From an uncultured Clostridium sp. (GTDB taxonomy: Bacteria > Bacillota > Clostridia > TANB77 > CAG-508), in the NCBI GenBank assembly GCA_945865665.1, contig CAMBEE010000002.1:57961-121960 (forward strand): a stretch of DNA of 64,000 nt, in the 5' to 3' direction. Every line of letters starts with the position of its first letter. Position 1 is the first letter of the stretch. A model generated the notes under the pieces. It saw only the letters and a program-made list of their open reading frames with translations, was not told the DNA's origin and made no database searches. The position numbers were made by a program, and so were the translations under genes. Shown here piece by piece: positions 35,701 to 44,865 of this stretch.

Positions 35701-36011
35701 TACTTATTTCACCTCCTTTCAAGTATGCCTATGGGTGGGAGGAGTATTTATATACTTGTTAACAAAAATATTATATAACAATAGTTAACAAATTGCAATA
35801 GATTTCAAAAATAAACTTAAAAAATTTATAAATGTAATAAAATGTAAAAAAATGTCGAAAATTTGAAGGCTAAAATCCTTTGAAAATACTGGATTATTTA
35901 CAGAAAATATGATATAATACGACAAAATTAGTAAAGTGAATAAAAAAATAGTATAATACTTGATTTATACGTATTAAAATGAGATTTTATGATGAATTGT
36001 AAAAAGTTAAG

Positions 36012-36749
36012 GTGATAATATTGGGAAAAAGAATTGATGTAAGTGTAATAGTTAAAAGGAAATTATCATGGATGAAAAGCGATGGAAATTGCTGTATGTG
36101 TAAGCAAAAAATAGGATATTATGAAGAAGAGGGATTTATTGGAGAATTTGCACATATTGAAGATCTCCAAAAAGCAACTAAAAGATATAATCCTAATAAA
36201 TCTATATATGAATTAAATGATGAATCTAATATTTTAATACTATGTCCAACTTGCCATACTAAAATAGATAAATATAGTGAAAAATACCCAACTGAAATGT
36301 TACAGGAAATAAAAAAAGAATATGAGAATAATATTAAAATTGCCAGAGAATATGCAAATCCAGATTTATATGACAAATTCTCAAAAATTTGTAAAGATTT
36401 AAGCGAAAAATGCAATCATACAAGCATAATAGAAAAATATTATAGTATAAAAGTGGAAGAAAAAATAAATAAGAATACTTTAATCGAAATAAAAGATCAA
36501 ATTGACATGTATATGAGATATATACCAATTTTTAAAGAATTTTTAGAAACATTGTCTCAAAGTGAAAGAACAGATTTAAGGCATAATATTATAAGTTTAT
36601 ATAGACTAGAGCAATGCAAAGATATCAGTAATGTACAAAAGTTTACCAATTTAATTAGAAGAGTTGTAGGAAATGATTTTTCTAATGTTTTCCCAGCAGG
36701 GATTATTATATGTAATTATTTTGAAGAATGTGATGTGTTTGAAGTATGA
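36012..36749 (+). CDS. HNH-nuclease-domain protein with helical C-terminal domain (candidate ABC-3C effector)
   Basis: CCMCKQKI…FAHIEDL…NILILCPTCHTKID (CxxC…H…N…CxxCH treble-clef HNH). The start is uncertain (GTG 36012 or ATG 36071). The stop overlaps the next start (ATGA). Confidence 0.7.
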   Translation: MIILGKRIDVSVIVKRKLSWMKSDGNCCMCKQKIGYYEEEGFIGEFAHIEDLQKATKRYNPNKSIYELNDESNILILCPTCHTKIDKYSEKYPTEMLQEIKKEYENNIKIAREYANPDLYDKFSKICKDLSEKCNHTSIIEKYYSIKVEEKINKNTLIEIKDQIDMYMRYIPIFKEFLETLSQSERTDLRHNIISLYRLEQCKDISNVQKFTNLIRRVVGNDFSNVFPAGIIICNYFEECDVFEV

Positions 36750-36955
36750 TATTACCAAATAAAGATGTTCCTTTTGAAAAATCATTATTGAAATATAGTA
36801 TTGATGTGCTAAATTCAATAAATGGAAAAATAAAAGTAGAAGATTTGTATAAAAATACTAATATAAAAACTAAAGATATTGATGCTATTTTAGCGTTCCT
36901 ATATGCAATAAATAAAGTTGAAATAAATGATGAGTGGGTGATAAGGATTGATTAA
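36746..36955 (+). CDS. small (69 aa) protein, candidate ABC-3C middle component
   Basis: Translationally coupled on both sides: a 4-nt overlap upstream and an 8-nt overlap downstream. Confidence 0.6.
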   Translation: MILPNKDVPFEKSLLKYSIDVLNSINGKIKVEDLYKNTNIKTKDIDAILAFLYAINKVEINDEWVIRID

Positions 36956-38651
36956 AAAGATATATAGTCGAACATTAAAAACGTTTAAAACAATTGAGTT
37001 TAGCGAAGGATTTAATTTTCTTGTATCAGAGTCGGTTAACGGAAAAAGCAATAATGGAACTGGTAAAACTAGTTTAATTCAAATAATAAATTTTTGTTTT
37101 GGATCAAGTACGGAAAAAATATCTACATACGAAGACTTAAATAAAGAAGAATTTAGTGTTGACTTAGTAATTGATAATAAGACTATTACTTTATCAAGGA
37201 CCCCTCAAAATGTTACTAAAATCAAAATTATAGATAAAGAAAATCTATTAGGTGATGGTGTCTTAGAAGATGAACCTAAAACCATTGATTGGGTAAAAAA
37301 TAAATTAAACAAATTAATCTTTGGAATTGAAAATGAAGAGGTATCATTTAGAAATTTAATTTCACCATTTATGAAGAGAGGGGCGTTTGCATTTAATAAT
37401 ATATATAAAACACATGCTATGGAAACTAATATAGTAACCCAATTAAAAAACTCTTTTCTTATGAATATACCAATAGAACCTATCATAGAATTAAAAGCTC
37501 TAGTTGAAGAAAGAGAGTCATTCTTAAAGTTAAAAGAAATAAAAGAGACTGATATTATATGGAAAAAAGAAAAACAAAATACATTAAAAAGTAAAATTAG
37601 AAACTTAGATAAAGAGATAAAAGAAAATGAAGAAAAGCTTAAAAAATTTGAACTGACATTAAACGAAAAAGAGAATATAAATGATATTCATAAAATAAAT
37701 GCAGAATTATCAAATCTAATTAAAGAAAAATATATTTATCAAAACTACATAGAGTCTAATAAAAAGATTATAAACAATGATAGTCTTTTAGGTATTGAAC
37801 AAATAAGAGAGATTTTGGAAGAATCTAAATTTTTTGTTACAAATGGTGAAATGAAAACATTAGAAGAAATTCAGAAATATCATATTAAATTAAACAAAGA
37901 TAGAAATGAAAGAGTAAAAAGTTTAATAGAAAGTGATCAAAATAAAGTAAAAGAAATAGAATCAAAAATTGATGATATAAATTTAAAGAAAATAAATATT
38001 TTAAAAGAATTTGATAAAAAAGGATATTTAGATGACTATTATAGTACAAATGAGATCATAACTAATTTAAAAATTGAGAAAAGTGATTTAGAAAAACAAT
38101 TAGATGTATACATAGCATTAAATCAAATAGACACTAGTTGTAAAGAGAAAGTAAAATCAATAATAAAAAAGTTAGAAAAAAATGATAATTGCAATAATTT
38201 TAAGATTATAAATAATAAGTTTAAAGAATATATAAGAAAAATCTTTGATGAAGATGCTAAACTTATTATGGAATGTAAAAATACAGGAAATTATGCTACA
38301 AGAGGATATAATTATGATTGGGAAATACCTAGAAAATTAAGCAGTGGATATTTAAAAGGTTGTATTGCAGTATATGACTTAGTATTAGCAGACTCTAATA
38401 GTGATAGATTTCCAATATTTTTAATACATGATAGTGTAGTATTTGAATCTACAGATAAACAATATGTAGCGAAATTTCTAAATTTAACAAATGAAATCAT
38501 AGGAAATAATAGATTTCAATATATATGCTGTGTTAATGATGATCAAATAGTTAAAAATGAATTAAATAAAGCTGTATTAAAAAAATATGAAGAAGCACAA
38601 AGAATTTCACAAGAAGACACTTTATTTGGAATTAATTTTGGTAATAGATAA
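36948..38651 (+). CDS. SMC/Rad50-like ABC ATPase with coiled-coil insert (DUF2326-like; candidate ABC-3C ATPase)
   Basis: Walker A SNNGTGKTS at the N-terminus. ~250 aa of K/E-rich coiled coil. LSSGYLKG (signature-like) and FPIFLIHDS (Walker B) near the C-terminus. Confidence 0.75.
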   Translation: MIKKIYSRTLKTFKTIEFSEGFNFLVSESVNGKSNNGTGKTSLIQIINFCFGSSTEKISTYEDLNKEEFSVDLVIDNKTITLSRTPQNVTKIKIIDKENLLGDGVLEDEPKTIDWVKNKLNKLIFGIENEEVSFRNLISPFMKRGAFAFNNIYKTHAMETNIVTQLKNSFLMNIPIEPIIELKALVEERESFLKLKEIKETDIIWKKEKQNTLKSKIRNLDKEIKENEEKLKKFELTLNEKENINDIHKINAELSNLIKEKYIYQNYIESNKKIINNDSLLGIEQIREILEESKFFVTNGEMKTLEEIQKYHIKLNKDRNERVKSLIESDQNKVKEIESKIDDINLKKINILKEFDKKGYLDDYYSTNEIITNLKIEKSDLEKQLDVYIALNQIDTSCKEKVKSIIKKLEKNDNCNNFKIINNKFKEYIRKIFDEDAKLIMECKNTGNYATRGYNYDWEIPRKLSSGYLKGCIAVYDLVLADSNSDRFPIFLIHDSVVFESTDKQYVAKFLNLTNEIIGNNRFQYICCVNDDQIVKNELNKAVLKKYEEAQRISQEDTLFGINFGNR

Positions 38652-38674
38652 ATAGTAATGATTCAACATCATTA

Positions 38675-39718
38675 CTATTTATCTAACCACTTATCAAATT
38701 CTTTATAAGTTTTCTCATTAGATCTAATGGCATCCATAAATTCTTTAGCTTCTTTTTTCCAATTTTCATAATCAATCTTATAAACTTCTATATCAGGATT
38801 ACGCTTTACTAGCATTGCTTTTTTTGCATAAATCTTACGATATTTACCATAAACAATTTCATTTTCTTGCTTAATTCTTTGAGCAATTTGGTTTCCGATA
38901 TCTCTACAAGTTTGTTTTCCTTTGAATAAATTATTACAGTAATTAATGCGTGGATTATCTGTTATAAAGTATTTACCACAATTTTTACATTTCTTAATAA
39001 GATATTTATTATTAAGTACGAATTGAAACAATGTAACATATAAAATTCCATAAATGTTTTCGTTATTAGTGCTATAATTTGGTTCAATTTCATAACAGAA
39101 TTTAGACTTAAAGAATTTTATTAAATCTTTTTCTGTATTTCCTTTAATATCAGAAATAGTTCTAAAAGAAAAGCCTTGTGGCATAGAAAAATGATTATTT
39201 ATAAATCTATCAAGTTCCTTAAAATGAGAATTATAATAAATATAAAATCTTATTTTTGTACTAAAATCATTTATTTCTTTAATGTTATTAAGGTTAAAAA
39301 TATAATCAACAAATTTTGATAATATTTCTTGACCATGTTTTGAGTCTTTTTTTATTTCTTCATAATATTTTTTAAATAAATTTTTTACTTTACTAAAAGA
39401 ATAAAATTTATTAATTTCAAATTTATTTATATCTTCTTCTCCAATATATATTATGTACGAAGTGAGAAACTTAGTAAACCACATAAAACATTCATTAAAA
39501 TTATCAAAATCACAATTTAAGAAAGAGATGAGTTCACTACAAAGTGGTTGTATGTTAGTTATAGTATCAATAGTAAAATAGCCAGTATCTCCATCTTTTA
39601 AATCATAATATCCTGGTTTTGATGATTTTGTTTTTCCATATAAAAATGCCTTATGGGTGAATTCTTCATTTGTTGAAACAAAGATATTTATAGGTTCATC
39701 ATATTCTAATTTATTCAT
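38675..39718 (-). CDS. hypothetical protein with C-terminal zinc-ribbon (CKNCGKYF…NYCNN…CRD)
   Basis: 347-aa ORF with RBS GGAGG, transcribed divergently from the xis-rep operon. Candidate element regulator, from position only. Confidence 0.6.
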   Translation of the reverse strand: MNKLEYDEPINIFVSTNEEFTHKAFLYGKTKSSKPGYYDLKDGDTGYFTIDTITNIQPLCSELISFLNCDFDNFNECFMWFTKFLTSYIIYIGEEDINKFEINKFYSFSKVKNLFKKYYEEIKKDSKHGQEILSKFVDYIFNLNNIKEINDFSTKIRFYIYYNSHFKELDRFINNHFSMPQGFSFRTISDIKGNTEKDLIKFFKSKFCYEIEPNYSTNNENIYGILYVTLFQFVLNNKYLIKKCKNCGKYFITDNPRINYCNNLFKGKQTCRDIGNQIAQRIKQENEIVYGKYRKIYAKKAMLVKRNPDIEVYKIDYENWKKEAKEFMDAIRSNEKTYKEFDKWLDK

Positions 39719-39785
39719 AATTCCTCCGTTAACAGTTTATAAATTTATTTAAAGTTAACCTGCTATCAAAATAAACCAAAAAGTA

Positions 39786-39814
39786 TTTACAAAGTTAACT
39801 ATTGACAATATAAT
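39786..39814 (+). promoter_or_regulatory. consensus sigma-A promoter of the xis-replication operon, with GTTAAC palindromes
   Basis: TTTACA (39786-39791), 17-nt spacer, TATAAT (39809-39814). GTTAAC occurs at 39728, 39754, 39794 (inside the spacer) and 39821. Confidence 0.65.
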
Positions 39815-39867
39815 ACAAATGTTAACAAAAGTCAATACTAATTTTCAAAAAGACAGGAGGTGATATT

Positions 39868-40065
39868 ATGGAATTACCAAAGATTCAAAGGACAACACTA
39901 ACAATGAAAGAAGCAGCAGAGTATTTAGGTGTATCTTATTGGTTAATAAATCAATTAGTAAGAAGAAAGCAAATACCATGCTCTAAAGTTGGTGGAAAGT
40001 ATTTATTTAGAGTACAAGCGCTAGATGAATATTTAAAAAATATGGAACAAAAATCTATAAGTTAG
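39868..40065 (+). CDS. xis: excisionase-family (MerR-like HTH) DNA-binding protein
   Basis: LTMKEAAEYLGVSYWLINQLVRRKQIPCSKVGGKYLFRVQALDEYL is the classic excisionase/DNA_binding_excisionase pattern. Confidence 0.85.
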   Translation: MELPKIQRTTLTMKEAAEYLGVSYWLINQLVRRKQIPCSKVGGKYLFRVQALDEYLKNMEQKSIS

Positions 40066-40111
40066 ATTACAAAGAAAGCGAGGAAAGGAGGATATTTATA
40101 GTTTACAATGG

Positions 40112-40603
40112 TTGAAAATAGAATTAAAAATATTTTCAAATAGGAAAATTCAAATACTGTTAAGAGAGCCAGATGGAGATACATATTTTAGAGTATGGAT
40201 TCAATTATTAATTATTGCTGTAGAATGCAATAGAAATGGAAAATTAGTAATAGGCAATAATAAACAAATGACAATAGAAAATTTTTCAAAGATTATGGGA
40301 AAATCTAAGAAAAAAATTGAAAAAATTATTCAAAAATTTCTAGAATTAAATATGCTAATTGTCGAAGATGGAGCATATAAAATTAAAAATTGGGACAAGT
40401 ATCAAAGCATTGAACCGTATGAAAAATATAAAGAACAAAATAGAATTAGACAACAAAAATATCGTGAAAAGTTGAAAAGTGAAAAAGAAGAAAGTAACGT
40501 TACAATAACGTTGGATAACACACAAGAAGAAAATAAGATTAAAAATATATTAGATAAAGAAGGAGATGAGAATAGAAGTGGATTTAGAAAATGTGAATTT
40601 TAA
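40112..40603 (+). CDS. phage replisome organizer N-terminal-domain protein
   Basis: LKIELKIFSNRKIQILLREPDGDTYFRVWIQLLIIA matches the WIKL..DFF.d.Ki family signature. The start codon is unclear (TTG 40112; the frame is open from 40061). Confidence 0.65.
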   Translation: MKIELKIFSNRKIQILLREPDGDTYFRVWIQLLIIAVECNRNGKLVIGNNKQMTIENFSKIMGKSKKKIEKIIQKFLELNMLIVEDGAYKIKNWDKYQSIEPYEKYKEQNRIRQQKYREKLKSEKEESNVTITLDNTQEENKIKNILDKEGDENRSGFRKCEF

Positions 40604-41420
40604 AGTTATCACCAATGAAGGTGCAAAATGTGGATTTTGCAATAAAAAATTAAAGCCAGTAGGATTAAGTTATCTTTATGCAAATGTTAATCACGATATG
40701 GTAGAATATGAAAGGTGTGATTGTAGTGAAGCAATTGCATTTTGGAGACAATATGATTCAAAGCAAAATGAAAAAGAAAAACAAAGAAAGTATAGAGAAA
40801 TTATAAATAAAATATATAAGGATGGCAGTATAAAAAAGAAATTAAAATATTGTAATTTTTTAAATTTTGATAGATTTAAAGATAACCAAGAAGTATTAAC
40901 AACATTAATAAAATATACACATTTATGCATAGAAAACAAAGTTAAAGACGGAATTATTATACATGGAAGTATAGGATATGAAAACACTCATTTAGCAGCA
41001 AGTATCGCTAATGAGATTATTAGAAATAAAAAAATTGCATTATTGGAAAGGACTAGTTCTATAATAGATAGAATAAAAGAATCTTTTAATAAAACTGTTA
41101 CGACAGAGTCAGAAATTATGGAACTTTATTCTAATGTTGATATGTTAATTATCGATGATTTTGGGAGTGAAACAATAAGTAAATGGGCTTTAGAAAAGTT
41201 GTATAGAATTATTAATAATAGATATGAAAACGAGTTACCAATAGTAATTACAACTAGATATACAAGAGAAGAATTGATGGAGAAAATTGCTATTGAAAAT
41301 AGGAAATTAGCAGAAGAATTTATACAAATTTTATACAAAATGTGTTATGGAATTTCACTCATAAAAAATGATAGAAATGCAAAAGAAAAAGCTAGCAAAA
41401 GCGACCAAACTAAATGCTAA
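40566..41420 (+). CDS. DnaC/IstB-like AAA+ helicase-loader homologue with degenerate Walker A
   Basis: N-terminal Cys cluster (CGFC…CDC). HGSIGYENTHLAASIANE occupies the place of GxxGxGKTHLAxAIANE (40965-40988). Walker B MLIIDDFGSE is intact, as is sensor IVITTRY. Confidence 0.75.
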   Translation: MRIEVDLENVNFKVITNEGAKCGFCNKKLKPVGLSYLYANVNHDMVEYERCDCSEAIAFWRQYDSKQNEKEKQRKYREIINKIYKDGSIKKKLKYCNFLNFDRFKDNQEVLTTLIKYTHLCIENKVKDGIIIHGSIGYENTHLAASIANEIIRNKKIALLERTSSIIDRIKESFNKTVTTESEIMELYSNVDMLIIDDFGSETISKWALEKLYRIINNRYENELPIVITTRYTREELMEKIAIENRKLAEEFIQILYKMCYGISLIKNDRNAKEKASKSDQTKC

Positions 41421-41474
41421 CTTAATCCAAAATCTAAAAATATTATAATATGTTTTTAAACAAAAGTAAAGCAA

Positions 41475-41513
41475 AAAAGTTCAAGTTTTTATTTTAGAAA
41501 TTTGAACTTTTTT
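41475..41513 (+). terminator. hairpin terminator after the replication genes
   Basis: aaaaagttcaa-N17-ttgaacttttttt. Confidence 0.5.
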
Positions 41514-41734
41514 GAAAATATTTTGAAAAAATTTATATCAAAAATATCCCTCGGAGAGCCAAAAAGGGTATTAGGGCATTTTGCCCTAAACAGCCAAAAG
41601 GGTGTCAAAACACCACGCTGGCGAATATTAGGTACTAAAAAATACTACCTATATTCAAGCAAAATAAATTTTGCTAACTATCAATGCTATGTAGACTAGC
41701 ATTAATAAAATTAAAAAAGTAGGAGTGATGAAAA

Positions 41735-42358
41735 ATGAAAATGGATTCAGAGCAAGTTTTAGATAGTATTTTCTTATCATATAATAAAATCTTAAAGAGA
41801 TTTCAATTACTAGGTGTTACTACTAAATATGGAAAAGAAATAACACATAAAGATTTAAGAAAAGCTATAGAAGTTATGCTAAAAAAACATCCAACTTGCA
41901 GATGGAGGAGTGAGAAAGTAAAAAGTAGGAAATATTTTATTTTAGCAGAAGGATATGCATGGTTAAATCAAGTATATTTTCAAAAGGAAAAATCACTAAC
42001 AGATGCTGATGTGGATTTTTTTGAAGATAGAATTGGACAGTATGAAGAATTGTTAAAAGTAGAACATCATGAAAATTGGTGGAATGAAGACATGGATATA
42101 AAACAGTTATGCAATTACTTCAATAGGAAAGAAAATACTGTTAGAAAAGCAATTAAGAAAATGTGTGATAATGGATTTGAGCAATATAAATTTTTAGTTG
42201 ATGGAAAAGTTGTTATTTCCAGTAAAGGTGTTGAGTGGATTTGCAAAAATGTTTTTAAACAAAAATATTTGGAATTCTTAGAAAAGTATAAGATGGAGTT
42301 AACTGAAAAATATATTAAAGCTGGTTATCCTTATGATATTTTCTTTGGAAGAAATTAA
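41735..42358 (+). CDS. hypothetical protein (207 aa)
   Basis: Good RBS (AGGAG). No motif recognised. Confidence 0.6.
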   Translation: MKMDSEQVLDSIFLSYNKILKRFQLLGVTTKYGKEITHKDLRKAIEVMLKKHPTCRWRSEKVKSRKYFILAEGYAWLNQVYFQKEKSLTDADVDFFEDRIGQYEELLKVEHHENWWNEDMDIKQLCNYFNRKENTVRKAIKKMCDNGFEQYKFLVDGKVVISSKGVEWICKNVFKQKYLEFLEKYKMELTEKYIKAGYPYDIFFGRN

Positions 42359-42451
42359 AAATAATATAAATATAGGAAAATTTGTTGTGAAAAAAGTCGT
42401 TTTGTGATATAAAATATACTAGAGAAATTGTAAATCAAAGGAAATGATAAT

Positions 42452-42769
42452 ATGGAAGAATTAATGAGAGAAATTAAACAATTTAATGCAGAAAGAGATT
42501 GGGATAAATTCCACTCGCCAGAAAATTTAGCTAAATCAATAGCAATTGAGTCTGGAGAATTATTAGAATGTTTTCAATGGGATAGTGAAAATTATGATAA
42601 AGAAGAGGTTTGCGAAGAATTGGCGGATGTTTTTAATTATTGCATTCAAATGGCTATGAAATTAAATGTGAATCCAGAAGAAATTATATTAAAAAAATTA
42701 GAAAAGACAAAGAAAAAATATCCGGTTGAAAAAGTTAAAGGAGTAAGTACAAAATATAGTAAATTATAA
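42452..42769 (+). CDS. MazG-like nucleotide pyrophosphohydrolase (small all-alpha NTP-PPase)
   Basis: FNAERDWDKFHSPENLAKSIAIESGELLECFQW…EELADVFNYCIQMA is the typical MazG/dCTPase-like EExxE/D pattern. Confidence 0.8.
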   Translation: MEELMREIKQFNAERDWDKFHSPENLAKSIAIESGELLECFQWDSENYDKEEVCEELADVFNYCIQMAMKLNVNPEEIILKKLEKTKKKYPVEKVKGVSTKYSKL

Positions 42770-42796
42770 AAGTAATAATTAGTGGGGGCAATTATT

Positions 42797-44743
42797 ATGA
42801 TAGTATATGAAGCAACAAAACAATCTTTTTTGGAAGATGTTTATAATGATCAAGTAGCAAAAAAAATTAAAGAAAAAATAGGATTTAATGTTGGAAGTAG
42901 TGAAAATGAATCTTGGATAGATACAGCAAATCATATGGAAAAAATATTAAGAGATAATAGATTTCCAAATGATATTTCTGTAGCAATGGAATTTAAATTA
43001 TACAATTCAAAGCTAAGAGTGGATTTTATAATATGTGGATTAAATGAAGAAATGAAACACACAATTATAGTAATAGAATTTAAAAGATGGAATAGTGTCA
43101 AAGTAGTTACAGACAGAGATGATATGGTAGAAGTAAAAGCTTATGGGATAGTACAGCATCCATCATATCAAGCACTTTCATATGCAAAAGTCATAAAGAA
43201 CTTTTATGCAGCTGCAGAAGAGGACAAAATGACTATATATCCATGTTCGTGTTTACATAGATATGAAAAAAAAGAAAACGATGCTATAACGGATAATCAA
43301 TATAAAGAACTTTTAGAGGAATCACCAATTTTTTTAAATGGGGAAAATGATAAATTAAAAGAGTTTATTAGTAAACATATAAAATACGGAGACAATAAGG
43401 AAACCTTATATATATTAGAAGAAGGTGGTATTAAGCCTTCAAAACAGTTACAAGATAATATACTAAATATGTTGAATGGAAAAGAAGAATTTTCTATGGT
43501 AGATTTACAAAAAGACGTATTTGAAGAAGCAAAAAGATTAGCAAAATTATCAAAAAAAGATGGTAAGAAAAGAGTCTATATAGTAGAAGGTGGACCTGGT
43601 ACAGGTAAGTCTGTAATTGCAATAAATTTACTAGGACAACTTTTAGGAAAGTATGGAATGAACTGTCAGTATATAACAAAAAATCAAACACCAAGAGATG
43701 TATATTCTGTTCAATTAAAAGGAACTTATAAAAAGACTGAAATTGATAATTTGTTTTGTGGGTCAGGATCATATATAAAAGAGAAAAGTAATGACTTTGA
43801 TGTATTAATTGTTGATGAGGCACATAGACTCACCGAAAAGACAGGATTTTTAAAAAGGGGAGAAAATCAAATAAAAGAGATTATCAATGCTACTAGATTT
43901 GCAATATTTTTTATTGATTCAAAACAACGTATACATATAGATGATTATGGAACAAAAGAAAGGATAGAGTTTTTTGCTAAAGAATTAAATGCTGAAATAT
44001 CATATGGAAAATTAAATGCACAATTTAGATGTGGAGGAGCTGAAAAATTTATAGATTGGGTAGAAAGTTCTCTACAGTATAATGACGTGAGTGATGAAGA
44101 AATAGATATGACATTTCTTAAAGATTATAAAGTTAAAATTTTTGATAATCCAAATGAGCTAAAAGAACAAATTATTAGATGTAACAATATTAAGAATAAA
44201 TCAAGAATATTGGCAGGATACTGTTGGGATTGGATTTCAAAAGAAAATCCTAAAGGCAATAAATATGATATAGAGATACCAGAATATGATTTTAAAATGA
44301 AATGGAATTTTAATAAAACAATTTGGGCAATAGATAAAGATTCTGTTGAACAAGCTGGTTGCATACATACATCACAAGGACTAGAGTTTGATTATGTTGG
44401 AGTAATAATAGGAAAAGATTTACGTTACGAAAATGGAAAAGTTATAACAGATTTTAAAGAAAGAGCATCAACAGATAAGTCATTATCTGGAATTAAGAAG
44501 ATGTATAAAGAAAACCCAGAAGGAGCTTTAAAATTAGCAGATGAAATTATAAAAAATACATATAGAACATTATTAACAAGAGGACAAAATGGATGTTATA
44601 TATACTGTGAGGACAAAGCTTTAGCAGAATACCTAAAAAGAAGTTTAGAACAAGTTAGTAAAATTATTTATAAAATTGATGAAGATGATGAATTTGGAAA
44701 ACTGATGGTAGCTGAAGAAGGAGAAGAATATAAATATAAATAA
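42797..44743 (+). CDS. DUF2075-type (Schlafen-helicase-like) ATPase with N-terminal PD-(D/E)xK-like nuclease region
   Basis: N-terminal …RVDFIICG…IIVIEFKRW (restriction-endonuclease-like D…E.K). Walker A GGPGTGKS (43589-43612). Walker B DVLIVDEAHRL. C-terminal TSQGLEFDYVGVIIG (SF1 motif VI-like). The start is moved to ATG 42797. Confidence 0.75.
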   Translation: MIVYEATKQSFLEDVYNDQVAKKIKEKIGFNVGSSENESWIDTANHMEKILRDNRFPNDISVAMEFKLYNSKLRVDFIICGLNEEMKHTIIVIEFKRWNSVKVVTDRDDMVEVKAYGIVQHPSYQALSYAKVIKNFYAAAEEDKMTIYPCSCLHRYEKKENDAITDNQYKELLEESPIFLNGENDKLKEFISKHIKYGDNKETLYILEEGGIKPSKQLQDNILNMLNGKEEFSMVDLQKDVFEEAKRLAKLSKKDGKKRVYIVEGGPGTGKSVIAINLLGQLLGKYGMNCQYITKNQTPRDVYSVQLKGTYKKTEIDNLFCGSGSYIKEKSNDFDVLIVDEAHRLTEKTGFLKRGENQIKEIINATRFAIFFIDSKQRIHIDDYGTKERIEFFAKELNAEISYGKLNAQFRCGGAEKFIDWVESSLQYNDVSDEEIDMTFLKDYKVKIFDNPNELKEQIIRCNNIKNKSRILAGYCWDWISKENPKGNKYDIEIPEYDFKMKWNFNKTIWAIDKDSVEQAGCIHTSQGLEFDYVGVIIGKDLRYENGKVITDFKERASTDKSLSGIKKMYKENPEGALKLADEIIKNTYRTLLTRGQNGCYIYCEDKALAEYLKRSLEQVSKIIYKIDEDDEFGKLMVAEEGEEYKYK

Positions 44744-44865
44744 GAATTAATAATTATTGAAAAAAAGGTAATAATATAATATACTTATAATGATGATAAA
44801 CATATTTTATAAAATTTAATATAATTAATAATAGAAGATTTTAAGAATTATGGGGAGATATTATT

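Noticed and set aside
41502-41699. 65-aa ORF after the replication module
   Set aside because: It has a TTG start inside the terminator hairpin and no RBS. The region is better explained as a structured/iteron non-coding patch.
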